A stretch of 64,000 nucleotides of DNA from Phoronis australis. Lineage: Eukaryota; Animalia; Phoronida. The notes under the pieces are model-generated. The model made no database searches, was not told where the DNA came from, and saw nothing but the letters and a program-made list of their open reading frames with translations. The position numbers and the translations under genes are program-made. The number at the start of each line of letters is the position of its first letter. Within the stretch, counting starts at the first letter, position 1. The stretch covers positions 124,001 through 188,000 of the forward strand of contig NMRA01000210.1 of the NCBI GenBank assembly GCA_002633005.1, given 5' to 3'. This document shows positions 49,465 through 62,132 of the stretch, one piece after another.

Positions 49465-50099
49465 CATAACGCGAAGTTGTCGTGAGGACTCGATTGGGAC
49501 CTCAGGGGTCTCACGCTCCACCGGGCTAATTTGAAAAAAAAAAAATTGTAGCCTAATGTTTCAAATGCACAATCTTTTTATAAGAGCTAATGCTAACAAC
49601 TGAATCCTTTCGTAATAATTCTTGGACAGCTGTCTTTTTCACCCATTAAGCTTGAAGAAGTCGGCTCAGAGATTCCTGTTGTCAAAAATGAGTATGGTGT
49701 CCAAGGTTTTAAAAATACAGGTATCGTACTAAAACCCCTTTTGCAGTAGGAAAAAGGTACCATTTGCAGTGTTTTTAACTTCCAGAGTGAAACCCGTTGT
49801 AGTCATGGGAAAAAGTTTGCTTTGGTAGGGATTTTTTCAAGCACCATTTTGAAGAGAAATTGTTTGAGAAAAATCACCCAGTTGAGTGTCGTTTCTTGTA
49901 TAAACTTGTGGGAGTACCCCCGTGGAATGGTTTTAGGAGGGTACTCTGAAAGCCCAAGGATGGTGGAATGAACCCCATCCCTATACCTTACAATGTGTGT
50001 TGAACATCTTGGAAAGTACAAGCACGATTGTTATTTCAGAATGCGCTTATCAGATGCCTTCTAGCTCCAGATTTGCTTCGAATTAAATCCCTTAAAGTT

Positions 50100-50416
50100 G
50101 CTATAAATGCGTCTGATGTGAAAAAGAATAAATTTTCATCTGAACAACTTACCACTATATACAGGAATTGGAATGACTAAAAGAGGAAAATTTTCCAGGT
50201 GATCTATCATTTCACAAATAGGCTTGTGTGATAGAAATATTTTTGTGTTGTAAAATTNGCTATAAATGCGTCTGATGTGAAAAAGAATAAATTTTGATCT
50301 GAACAACTTACCACTATATACAGGAATTGGAATGGCTATAAGAGAAAAATTTTCCAGGTGATCTATCATTTCACAAATAGGCTTGTGTGATAGAAATATT
50401 TTTGTGTTGTAAAATT
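50100..50416. repeat. ~158-bp tandem duplication across a single N (50258)
   Basis: Directly visible; probable assembly overlap. Confidence 0.85.
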
Positions 50417-52109
50417 TAACTGAGATAAATGTTTTTGCATGAATCAAGTTAGCCAAAAAATGATGATAAAAAAGAAGCTGGAAATCGAATAAGAGGAAAT
50501 AAAAACAAAAAAGGAAAATGTATGTATCCCTGTCTCAACTTGTTCCTTAGTGGACTTGGAAGAATTCAAACTTTGTTATTGCTCAAAGCCATAGTTATTG
50601 CACCACGTCTTCAGCAATAACAAACTATCAATTCAACCAAAGCCAATATACCACATGCGATCTCAGTAAGGAACAGTACGAGTTCAAGAGTCTAATCACG
50701 AGCGCACACATGAAGAGTGACATCAGACACTAGTATCCAAATCCAATGCCAATCTTCATGTGAGTGCGTGTGATTTCTGCTACAAATTTGGCCAAAAACA
50801 ACATTGTTTGTACCAGACCAATCCTATATTGTTACATGACGATTCTAAAAAGAGGTTGGGTTAATAGCAGCTAGAAAAATGGTACAATTTGTGGATAAGG
50901 CGCTTCAAAAGGGTTCATTTTTTCAACACAGTTTAGTACAGATGTTTTATTATTCTCCACGTAGCATTTAAATGCTTTTTGGGCTAAACAGATTCCAGCC
51001 CAGTCTTGTATGGATTGATTTAAAACCCTGAAAAGGGATTATGCGATCATGTTTTGGGAATACACCTCTAGAGTGAAACTTTCAATCCAAATCAAACCTG
51101 AAATTGTTTTTGTCACTTCTAGTCTGGACACTTTCTTGGGAGATCAAGATAGTACTTAATGACCACTAGATTTGAGCTAAAATTTGAGTAAAAACTCAAG
51201 ATTTCTAGCAAAACCTCTTACTCGAACTCTTAACTCTAATGCTGGGATCATTAATTGCCATCAATAAGCACATAGAATAAAAGAAACTTATCTCAAGTTC
51301 AAACAAAACTAGAATAGAAAATAACAAAATAATTCTGAGTAAAAAGTTGGAACCCAGGGCCTAGATGTTAATTTCATAATGGTTTATGCTTTCACAAAGC
51401 AGGGAATGTGCAACTTGAATGGCAGTCGTGTCTTTAGTAACCTATTCCCATAGCAACACTGGTGTAGTCAGAATTATTCAAGAGGTTGCTAAACTTGAAA
51501 TTGTTGGCAACCAATGACTGTAACGTGAGGCAACTTGGAAGCACTGCATGAACAGGGGACAGGGACAGGGAAGCTAGGCAAGAACAAAACTGAAACGAGT
51601 TTCTATCAGGGGAAGGGTTTGCAATGACGAGGGGATAGCCCTGTTGTGCGCCCACGGCTATGTTAATACCCAGACTTAGTACTCAAGTTTATCGCTTAAC
51701 TAAACCATATTTCTATTCAATACATCAACCAAATAAAGTTCCCAATGGTTAGATAAATTTCTTGGCATGTTGTGTGTTTTGTAGCTTATGGGTATACTAT
51801 TTCTAGGAACACATTAATGATGTCAACATGAGGGTGTTTGTCAGTGCGAATGTTCTGAAGCATTTCACACTGCCCAACTCTTGCCACGAGGAGGCCCCCT
51901 CAGTAAGAGTCAAATTCATAATTTTGAAAAACTGTTCGGAAAGACCGAAATGTTGACTAAAATCACTGCTGTATTATGTAGATCANTCCAAGAATACATA
52001 TGGAAAAGTGCGCTGTAGCAGACCCCAACCAACCTCGAGGGTCTGTGTAGGAGACTAGCCGTCCAATAGGATTTCGCTAGGTGAACGTCTCCCTCTCTAC
52101 GGTCTCTGA

Positions 52110-52441
52110 TGTCAACCAACTAACCAGATGACTCTAATTTTGGATAGCTTTAATATTTGACCACCAGATGGGGCAGCTATTGGATGTTGAATGTCAACCA
52201 GCTAACCAGGCGTGCGTTCAGTAGACGCTAGGACCTACGCTAGGACCTAGCTAAAACCTAGTCAAAGTCACGTGTTCTAATTTAAAATACCCGGCAATAT
52301 CTCACGTAATTTCGCGAAGTCTTGCTTTTTAGCGAGGTCCTAGCGTTACTGAACGGGAGGCAGCCATCTGTTTCTTCATCTTTGGATAGCTTGACTATTT
52401 GACCACCAGGTGGGGCAGCTATTGGATGTTGGATGTCAACC
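52110..52441 (+). repeat. ~82-bp tandem repeat array (continues at 56912-57035), host of two insertions
   Basis: Units tgtcaacca.ctaaccag...tttgaccaccag.tggggcagctattggatgttg recur on both sides of the 4.5-kb insertion. Confidence 0.75.
52210..52361. mobile_element. ~150-bp MITE nested in the tandem array
   Basis: cgttcagtagacgctaggacct versus aggtcctagcgttactgaacg. Confidence 0.7.
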
Positions 52442-55400
52442 TGTTGTGCGTGAACATGGAATCGTGAGTGAACTTGGAATAAATTTCTATTCCAAGTTCA
52501 CGCAAGTGATTTTGAGATTAAGCAAGCGTTTGCGACATCTAGTGTGCAGCTGTTAAGTAAAATTTCGCCGTCAGTCGAACGGTGGACATGAATTCGTTTG
52601 TCGTGAGATATTGTTTCTGTTTTAATTATTTTTATTGCCCATTCTGTATGTTATTCTGGTCTTGGTAATTGTTTCCAAAGGGGGCTTGACTGGGATGATT
52701 GGGTGGGTGACCGAGGGGCTGAAATGACTGGCAACCTGGGACTTTTGCAATAAAAAGGATTAGGCCTAAGAGCTAGGATGCAAGGAATGACTAGTACTCT
52801 ACCGTACCAAGAGGGGTTTTGCATTGAACAGTTTGTCATGCCCCTTTGTACCTGCCACGGAAAAGGGAATACATTCATAACAAAACAATGGAGTCGATAA
52901 CATGAACAATTTTCTTTTTATATAAATGTTCAAGATGGAATCAGAAAAATGCCGATTCTGTCACCGGTTTTCTTAGTAACCCTTTTCATTTTAATCAATG
53001 TTTGAATTTTTCATGAAATTACTGAAAGTATCTGTTTTAGCTAGCCCTCCCATGCCAAAGTAGATCAGTCAAAAGACAACCCCTAAAAGCCTGATGGGGA
53101 AAAGTGCATAAAGTACAAGATCTGAAAGTTTTTATTGGAGTCCTATCAGCTATTTGCAAGATGTTTTCAGCTTTACCAAGTTTAGACATTTGTCTAGGAT
53201 CTCCCATAACCTTATGCTTGAACACTTTTCTTTTACTGCTCAGTGAATGATATCGTATAACTGTTGGTCTTCACATACGCCATATGTTAATCACATCAGG
53301 TGTTGGCTAACAGGTTAGCAGAAAGTCCTGGTTCCAAACCTTGATGGGGACAGAGAGCATTTTAGATGTAACTATGTGTCACCTGATGTCAACAAAATAT
53401 CGAGTGTGAAAAGATTAATTCTTGCTTATTATTCTTAAAGTTTTATCATTTTTTCCTTTGAATTAACGTTAGGGCAGACTCTAGTCAAAAATGGAATCTG
53501 TTATTGTGAGGAAATCACCTTTTTTAAGTTTGCCTCTGTATGTTAGGAGTTCGTTGACATACTTTCATGACATTTGACAAATAGTTGTGTTTTACAGAGA
53601 TGACGCCACTTTCTCAATTCGGGTGGGTTTACCAAATTATGCACCATTTAATGACCATTTTTATGATTCCAAAAACACTACTGGAATAGCGTTGCAGTCG
53701 TGGATGCAGTAGCTCTTGTATACAGAAGGCAAGCATCGAAAATTTTTACACCATTTGAGCATTTATTGCAGAACTGCATTTGTCAAAGGTTATGATAAGT
53801 GTGTAGGGAGATGGATTGTTTTTCAAATGAGGACCATTCATTACACAGCACACATTCCATGTAGTCCGCTCAGTGTTGTCATCGAAAAATTATTGTTGAT
53901 TACTGCAGCAAAATATTTGTGCAAGTCGGAATGTTGAGATGTTGCAATTTAAAGGTACATATACCAAAAGATTTCAAAAGAAATTAAACAGAATTCAACA
54001 AAAGTCTCCAAGACTGCCAAATTTGTCTAAACTTCTTACCAGAATTATTTTTGTCAGTTTACGTAGTCGAACTTCTTGTCAGATTTGAATGTCGACATTG
54101 TGCCTAGTCCTTAATTTTTTGTTTGTGAATGGTCTTGCGCAATAAGTTGTTTTTGTTGAGATTTAGCTAGAATTGGATTGGATTCTATTGGAAAAGAAAT
54201 AAATATTTTATTAGCCTTGTCAAATTACGACATTGTGTAGTTTAGTTTGAAAAATACTGTATGCTAGCCTTTGTGCCTTTACACAGTAGTATGTTTTATG
54301 TTGTACTGTAATTTGGTGGTATGTTGGAAAAAATAAAAACTTAGACCTGCCCATGCAGATATTGTTAAAGCAAAGTCACATTCTTAAAACTATCCACCAT
54401 TTTCGTTGTAACATACATCATATCCGGAGATTCCGTCCACCTGCACTAACATGGAGAATATGTTTTCTGTGACCCCCTGAGCTTTCCAAAAAGAATTGGC
54501 CCAACTCCAGGATTTCATTTTTGTCTATGAAAGTGTGTCATTAAAGGTATCAAAGTCTTTATAAAATTAAAAATGTGAAACCCCATACTGTTTTAAGTAC
54601 TGGTTAAATTTGGAATTATGTAGAAGACGACTGCTAATGTGTTAGAGTAGTCTAAAGAACAGGGATTGCGTTTACAGTTTATTGCAATCTGCGAGAAAAA
54701 GTTTGCTTCACCACTTTTTGTAAAATGAAAAGACATTGATTCCAATTTTGCTTATTAAAGGCAACAGTATTTTGTTATGAATTAATTTAGCATACAGCTT
54801 TGTACCAAGGCAAGGGCAACGGATGGTATCCTATGTCCGCCCTCTTAGACGACACCTTTTTCGCAGAGTTTGAACAACTAGGTGCCATATAAAAGGCATG
54901 CAGAACTTTTTACTACACTAGCAAACAGTAAATAATAAAAATCGGTGATACAATGATAAAACGCGATGTAAACTCTATCCACTCAATGCCCCAATGGAGC
55001 AGAAATATGTGATAAGCAGTCGAAGCCCTATCAACCACTGACATATCAGCCAATCAGAGATTGCTGTCAGCATTAGTGTTTTTACGATAAAATGTGAATC
55101 AGCTTTTGTTTGGAGCGCAACTCCGGCAAATGTGAGTTTTTGTATGTTAGAACCGGTTTACTTCTGCATTATTTTTACTGCAGTCATCTTTTAAACTTGG
55201 CATTGGGTAAAAATTAATCGCCTATAATTTACAGGGACAGAAAAAAATGCTCATAATGTTTTGTAATCTTTCAGAGAATGCTTACTTCACAACATAGGGA
55301 TTGTAATGGGAAAATAGAATGGCCTAATTAAACGTAGAATTCGGAAGAAAATAATTGTTAACGTGTTCAATAAAGTCTCAAGATAAGAAAAAAGTTGTGC

Positions 55401-56910
55401 TTACAGCATATTGTAACCAGCCAGAGAATGTTTGGTTCACCGTGTGACTTTGTTAAGCTAACATACAATCATTCCAAGTTTAAGCAAGGGCGTGGCTTGC
55501 TTAAACTTGGAATTTGGTAGAAAACAATTGCGAAAACATTCAGAGGTGTTCCAAACGTAATAGAAAATGCATATATGACATACTGTAACCGGTCAGAGAA
55601 TATTTGCTACACCACACGATTTTTTGTAAAGAAGAAATTGAATTATTCCAAGTTAAAGAAAGCCGAGGGCGTGCAACCAGGTATTGCAACCAGATAAAGA
55701 ATGTTTGGTTAACCACGTGATTTTTTGTAAGGCAGAAACTGAATTATTCCAAGTTTAAGCGAGCCACGCCCTTGCTTAAACTTGGAATTGGGTAGAAAAA
55801 AACTGCGAATGCGAGCAGAAGTGTTCCAAAATTAATAGAAAATGCATTTAAAATGTCTTGCAACCAATTACCGAATGTTTGGTTCACCATATGTTTTTTG
55901 TAAAGCAGAAATTGAGTTATTCCAAGTTTAAGCGAGCCACGCCCTTGCTTAAACTTGGAATTGGGTAGAAAACAACTGCGAATGCATTCATACATGTAGG
56001 TGTTTCGAATGTAATAGAAAATGCATTTACATTGTATTGATATCAGTAAGAGAAGGTTTGGTTCACATCGCGAACTTTTTAAAGAAGAAATTGAATTATT
56101 CCAAGTTTAAGCAACCAGTGTGGCTTGCTTAAACTTTGAATTAGGTAGAAAAAACAGCGAATGCGCTCAGAAGTGCTCTAAAGGTAAAAGAAAAAATCAT
56201 TTAAAATGTATTGCAACCAGTTAGAAAATGTTTGGTTCACCGCGTGAGGTTTTGTAAAGCAGAAATTGAATTATTCCAAGTTAAAGCAAGGGCGTATCTT
56301 GCTTAAACTTGGAATTGACGGGGTAGAAAAAACTCGGCCAGACGTCATCCGAAATAAATAGAAAATGCATATAAAGTGTATTCCAACCAGTTAGTGAATG
56401 TTTAATTCACCTCCTGATCAAACATCAACCAGGCACTAATTTCAAACATCAAGCTTTATTTTTATATTGGAATAGGATACAACACAGAAATAATACGACT
56501 CAAATGGCCACCATAGCCGTAGGGCTATGACCTTGAATGCCCGGTATATTACTGAGGGAAGATGTAATCACAATACAGTCCTTAAGTGATTTTTTATTCC
56601 AGTCCCTCGGTACTAACCAGTATTCATGACCAGGCCACGGGAGCTTTATTTCGATTTTTTAGAAATCTTTTCTCTCCGTAGCCTACTGGTTCAGTAACGA
56701 TTTCAGTCCAATCGCCTTGTTCTGTGATTGTGTGCCGGGCAGCCGCTTAATTCCAAGTTCACGCAAGATTCCAAGTTCACGTACGGGGTTTGGCAGTTTA
56801 CTTAATCTCAAGGTCACTTGCGTGATCTAGGAATTCCAAGTTCACGCAACAGTCACTTCCGCTTATTCTTGAGATTAATCAGGATTCCAAGTTCACGTAG
56901 GCCTACAACA
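52442..56910. mobile_element. ~4.5-kb decayed DNA transposon with repeated TTCCAAGTTCACG subterminal motifs; possible Harbinger-type DDE remnant at ~53597-53940
   Basis: Ends tgttgtgcgtgaacatggaatc and gattccaagttcacg(taggcct)acaaca interrupt one host repeat unit. ORF 53716-53937 (RKFLHHLS...CVGRW) weakly resembles the DDE_Tnp_4 C-terminus. Confidence 0.6.
55405..56410 (+). repeat. ~175-bp tandem array, ~6 units, each with an 18+7+18 bp interrupted palindrome
   Basis: Arms attccaagtttaagcaag / cttgcttaaacttggaat start at 55471, 55645 (truncated), 55746, 55919, 56098 and 56273. Confidence 0.92.
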
Positions 56911-57428
56911 TACCAACTAACCAGCTATCAATATCCCTTGGGATAACTTTAATATTTGACCAACAGGTGGGGCATCCAACTAACAAACTATTTGTAGGAA
57001 TGGTTTTAGAATTTGACCACAAGGTGTCGCATTACCAGCAATACGTAAACTAGGTCATCCGCCAGGTTCTCTGCATAAACTAGGTCATCGCTTATGGACC
57101 AGCTAGCACTTCACACTCCGCGTGTCTACTTGAGAGAAGCACCAGGAAGGTTGTTCTACATTTTGTAGCCCAAAATTACCAAAGTTCAAATATATTACGT
57201 TCAAAAGGAAAGACAAAACATATTACTACAGATGTCTGGCCAATACCAACAGTCACCACTCGTAAGCAAGTCAAAGCCGGCTGTCCTTTTTACTCGTTGC
57301 CTTATCTCGCACTACCTCAATCGACTAGTTTTTCGCAATGCAACAATACAATTCTCATAAATTCAACTTGTAATGACTCCTTTCAATTTTAAACCATGCC
57401 CGAAGTACTCGGACACAAATTATTATTA

Positions 57429-58814
57429 CAGTACAGCCACTGAATTTTTAGACTTCGTCCGGGCTACCTCACGCCTGGCCAGGGAGCGCAACCGGAACGC
57501 AGGCGTGACACTGAGAAATCAGTCACGGTCGCCTCACGCCTACTCTCCGGGTAGTCCTCGCGCTTACCTCCGGTTTAGTTCACGCTTTCCTCAGGCTTAC
57601 GTACTTCACGCCTTCGCTACCTGTGGTAACCATGGTAGGGCACCGGGCTAATCAGTAAAAATACATGTAACGTCTTGATCGCCTGCCGTTTCGGACAAGT
57701 TGCAGACATTATAATATATTATAGAGTATCTTTGCAAGCAGTCATCTATTACACTTGGGTTCCGACTAACTTTGTAATTCCACGTGTTGTTCATACAAAC
57801 GTCTTCCTTCAGCTCATCTTAATTGTGTTACGGTTACATGTACATTTTCTATTTACGACCCTGAGTCCCATCAACGACATACATGTACAGTAACCACGGT
57901 TAGTAAATACGAATATACGCGACCCTGTGTCCACAGTCGTCTGATGGCTGTGGACTCCTTGAAACTTGTCACAGCTGGATACAGTTAATTTGTCCTAAAA
58001 ATAGCCTACGCATCTTGTGAAGTATTGGGTCACTCCGTAAATATTTGCACCGCACTGGCGTACAGAAAGTTTCAATAGGCCGCCATTCTGACATACCCAT
58101 CCCTTACTGCAAGCAAATGTTTTGACTAAAAAGTCCTCAATCCGTAGTGCAGTTTAATTATTTGTAGCCCCCTCCCCGTAGTACATGCGTTTCGACTGCG
58201 TTCACGGTATCCCCGGGGTACTTCTTCACTAAAATAATAATAGCAGTGACCTGTTTGACTCGTCAAATGCATGGGCACGATCAGTTTTCTCCGCATGAAG
58301 CCGGAACTTGGGATCAATGTGCTCAGAATTGACATGCTATGCTCCTTCATATCGTGAAGGCATGTACACGCGTGTTAAGATTCTTTATTAGTTTATATAA
58401 AAAACAAATATTTATATATAAGTGAAAAGTAGAGTCCACAGGTTTGTTTCCTGAAGTGACTTAAGATTTGAGAAGGAAATTTTGGTCTTTTGCTGAACGT
58501 GACGATTTAAAAAAAAACTAAACCTCACATGAGCAAAAGTCTATGAGAATACACACATCACTGCTAGTTACTGATATAATTTTAAAAAATTACTTTTTCA
58601 TCTGCGATGCAGGTAAACTCACGCCTGGCTCAGGGCTGGCTCGCGCTTCGTTTACGCCTAACTCACGGTAAGCTCCGGGTATAGTCACGCTTAGGCTCAC
58701 GCCAGCTGTCACGGTTGATTCACGTCTCACTCTCCGTTCTGTCTCCGGTTATGGTCACGGGTGGCTAGACCGGAGAGACACCGGACAGAGTCTAATAATT
58801 CAGTGGCTATACTG
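57429..58814. mobile_element. Non-autonomous Tc1/mariner-type element, 1386 bp
   Basis: TA|CAGTACAGCCACTGAATTTTTAGACT...AGTCTAATAATTCAGTGGCTATACTG|TA, with ~30-bp TIRs and a TA TSD. Confidence 0.85.
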
Positions 58815-59629
58815 TAGGTACAAAGACATTTTTTCTCTGAAGTGGATCGTAAACAGCTCAGGCGAGTTTTCCTGTTATAGCTACTTTAGTTTCCGAAACC
58901 AAAGTAGCTATGTCACTGGCAGTCGGTGCCTATATATTAGCTCTCATAGACCGGTAAAGGGCCAATCTCTGCTGTACGCACTACTAAGAACACTGGAATC
59001 AAAGTGTTATATATAAAGCAAACGTGTATTAGTATACTGGTGTGAATATTATCAGGGATTTAACCAAAAACTTCGAATTAACTAGACCCACTGATGATAG
59101 TCTATGATAAAATAAACTGATATCAAAAGGTCCAAATTGGCAATTTTCGGCCACCCCATGTTAAATACAAATTTTGTCTAATTTTATTCAAACTCCTACA
59201 TTTCAATCTTGATTATACGGACATCTGTTGGGTCTATCGGCAACTAACCGTACATGAAAAGCTTGGTCGAAAATTATCGTTTTCTCACATGTACTTTCGG
59301 GTTTTCATCGGCGATTCCACTGATCGAAGCGACAAAATAAGCCGAAACTTTGGCAATACCATGTTAAACATAATTTCTTTTCCCAATTTTGATGAAACTT
59401 GGCCACGTTTTTAATAAAATACTTATCTATGTTATGTGCTATCGGCAAATGTGATTGGTTAATAAATAATACCCCCACGCTGTGTTTTCGGCGAATCCCA
59501 TGTATCCTGGAGGGGGCTGACTGAGTGATTTTCGCGCATGCGCAGTTCAAGGTTTCAATATTGCTGGTGCGACAGTAGTAACGTGTACACCAAACTAGTT
59601 GGTTGATATCCATGCAAGATTTTGACATG

Positions 59630-59960
59630 TATGTGCGTCGCCGGGATTCAAGTACAGCGTCTATATCGTCAACTAAACCCCTCAAGGGGACTCTGGCCTT
59701 TTGCCACGCATATTCTGCTTGCAGAAAGTTCGTAAAATTCAGGCCGAGTGATAAAACGTAAGTTATATTGTTCTTCCAGTTATCAAAACTGGTGATAGTT
59801 TCACTTTTAGTCAAGCACCACTGCCTCAGTGGCTCTATTGCTACTGCCACCTCGCCAGTAATGATAAAAGAGACTAGGCTTATGTGAACGTCTGTATTGC
59901 GTCGAACAGCAACCCGAAGAGAAGAAACCAAATCATACGTACCAATATAGCACACAAATA
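59630..59960 (-). mobile_element. LTR-retrotransposon gag-like N-terminal fragment
   Basis: PLRQWCLTKSETITSFDNWKNNITYVLSL..NF..FL...W.K...RGLVDD...ESRRRT resembles, from memory, a polyprotein N-terminus common in marine invertebrate retroelements. Truncated at a tacatgt motif. Confidence 0.65.
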
Positions 59961-60279
59961 ATGGCGCTTGGATCAGAAATATCCATTAATCTTAGAAATC
60001 CACAAATAGTGGGATAGGTCTAATATATTCTAGGTAACAATCTAATTTCCATATCATCATAAAATGGGCACATAAAAATAAGGTGATATTCATCCTCGAT
60101 AAAATTATAACCTATGTTCTGGTTACATAAAGAGCGTATTCGGAGGTCTTTATCGATTGATAAGTGTAGGCCTACATCGACCCTCAGTCTGTGGTTTGAA
60201 CAACGGAATCTTGCAAAGGAACTGATAAAGCAGCGTTATAACTTGAATGAAATCTATGTTTCAAGATTAAACGACGTTT

Positions 60280-61770
60280 TGAAAAGTGAATATGTAAACA
60301 ATTTTAAATTATTTTGCACGCCTACGTTCCATTCTTGCTAAAAGCAGTCCTTGACACTTCATTCGAAAGTATTTAGAATAATTCTTCGCATCAGACGCCT
60401 TGTTCAAACCAAACAAATCCGAAATCATTTATATTCAACAACATCCTAACAGAAGTGACCCGTGATCTTTCCAACTCATCTAATTTTACAAGCATATTGT
60501 AGACTAGTTTGGGGTTGCGTGAAGCCTATCTTTAAACAACATTTGACCAACTTTAAAAACAGCTTAACAAAAAGTGGATATCTCTCAAGTTCACCTAATA
60601 CGGCGCTATTGCTACAACTTCTACCGACACCTATGCTTTTACAGAATTTGATATGTACATCCTCAATATAACGATACTCTCTGAAACCCCACACTTCAGC
60701 ACCACAACTGAGGATTGGGAAAACCGTTTTGTCAAAAACGTTAGAAACAACTGGTGGCGCAAGGTTATCGCGCTTGCGTTTGAACTTTTTAATCGTTACT
60801 TATGCTTTATTACCTTGATAAGACAATGCCTCTGTGACTTTTGACCAAGTAAGCTTCGGAGTAAAACATACCCCAAGATATTTGTAAAATGATGACACTG
60901 TAATTTCTTCATCAAGGTACCATTTTTCATAGTTACAAAGAGGTCCACCTCGTCTAAAAACGACAACTTTCGTCTTTGACAAATTTACATTCATTCCCCA
61001 ATCTAGACAATATTTATGTAAAACGTTTATGTGGTACTGAAGTTTAATGGCTGTCTCAGCACAGTCAACTATATCATCTGCATACATCAAGACACTTATC
61101 TTAGGAACATCATTGACTAATAAATATTCCACCAACATTTTGCTTAGTGAGGTAATCAACAAACTCATCAAGGTACATGACAAAAAGAAATGGACTCAAC
61201 ATACATCCTTGACGCGTTCCGGTGACGTTATTAAAAAATCCAGTTAAGCCCTCATCTTTTCTAACAAAAGCTCTCAACTTACTGTAGGCCTACATATTTT
61301 TCAAAATTCTCAGAATGCTCCCGTGTACATCAACTTTTTGTAACCAGTACCAGAGAATTTTATGTAGAATATTGTCAAATGCGCGATAAAAATCAACAAA
61401 AAGGGCATACATCTGTTTATACGTTCGTATTGCATTGTTCGATGGAGCACAACAATAAACAGTTTCCGGTTCTTGACAGAATGGTGGTCAGTCCCATTTA
61501 AGTAAGTGGTTGAACATATCAGACAACACTGTCGCGTCAACTGCATGGACACACGTAATATTTACAACATTTATGTGTTTTTTAAAATATCTCTGCCATT
61601 GCTCTTGAAACAAGAAGAGTATGCCTTAGTGCCATCTGGCGGAATATATACACAGCACAAAATAATATTGTTCACAGTGATGAATAAAGTATTATCCAAC
61701 AGCAAAGTAACACCAAACTCAAAATTATCAAAAATACGAGTTAAACACTTGGTGGAGAACTAGACTTAAA
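60280..61770 (-). mobile_element. Degenerate LINE ORF2 (endonuclease and reverse transcriptase; RTE-X-like)
   Basis: VYIPPDG (~61650), RQGCMLSPFLF (~61200), LMYADD, VNLSKTKVVVF, YKYLGV, VLGELERYPL; frameshifts. Confidence 0.9.
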
Positions 61771-62132
61771 ATCTAAAAATCCCTAAATTAAGCCCAGGTT
61801 CCGTATCATGCACCCCTGCTCGCTCTTTAAAGAACGCTGTGACACCTGAAGATGTTGGGAGAAATGACCAACTAAAACGTGGTGCCAATGTAAATAGGCG
61901 ACAGCTTGGTGTAAATAGACCACTAGATTTTGGAAATGATGATAATGAATAAAGATCGGACATGTCAACATGGAGAGTTTTCACGATACGTCACTCAATC
62001 CATGTATATGTAATGGTATTTAACTGTAAAACAAGTCATTTAATATTGAAAATTACACACGATTTGAGAAAAAAGGAATTCGCGAACGGAAAGAGCTATT
62101 ACTTTAACTACACAGAAAAATATCAATGTAAA

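Noticed and set aside
53240-53410. Possible tRNA or tRNA-derived SINE (B-box-like ggttccaaacc)
   Set aside because: No cloverleaf or clear A box, and no second copy in the window.
59305-59955. Longest ORF in the track (216 aa) as a gene
   Set aside because: Chimeric: a gag-like fragment reads through into unrelated repeat sequence, and the start codon is not ATG.
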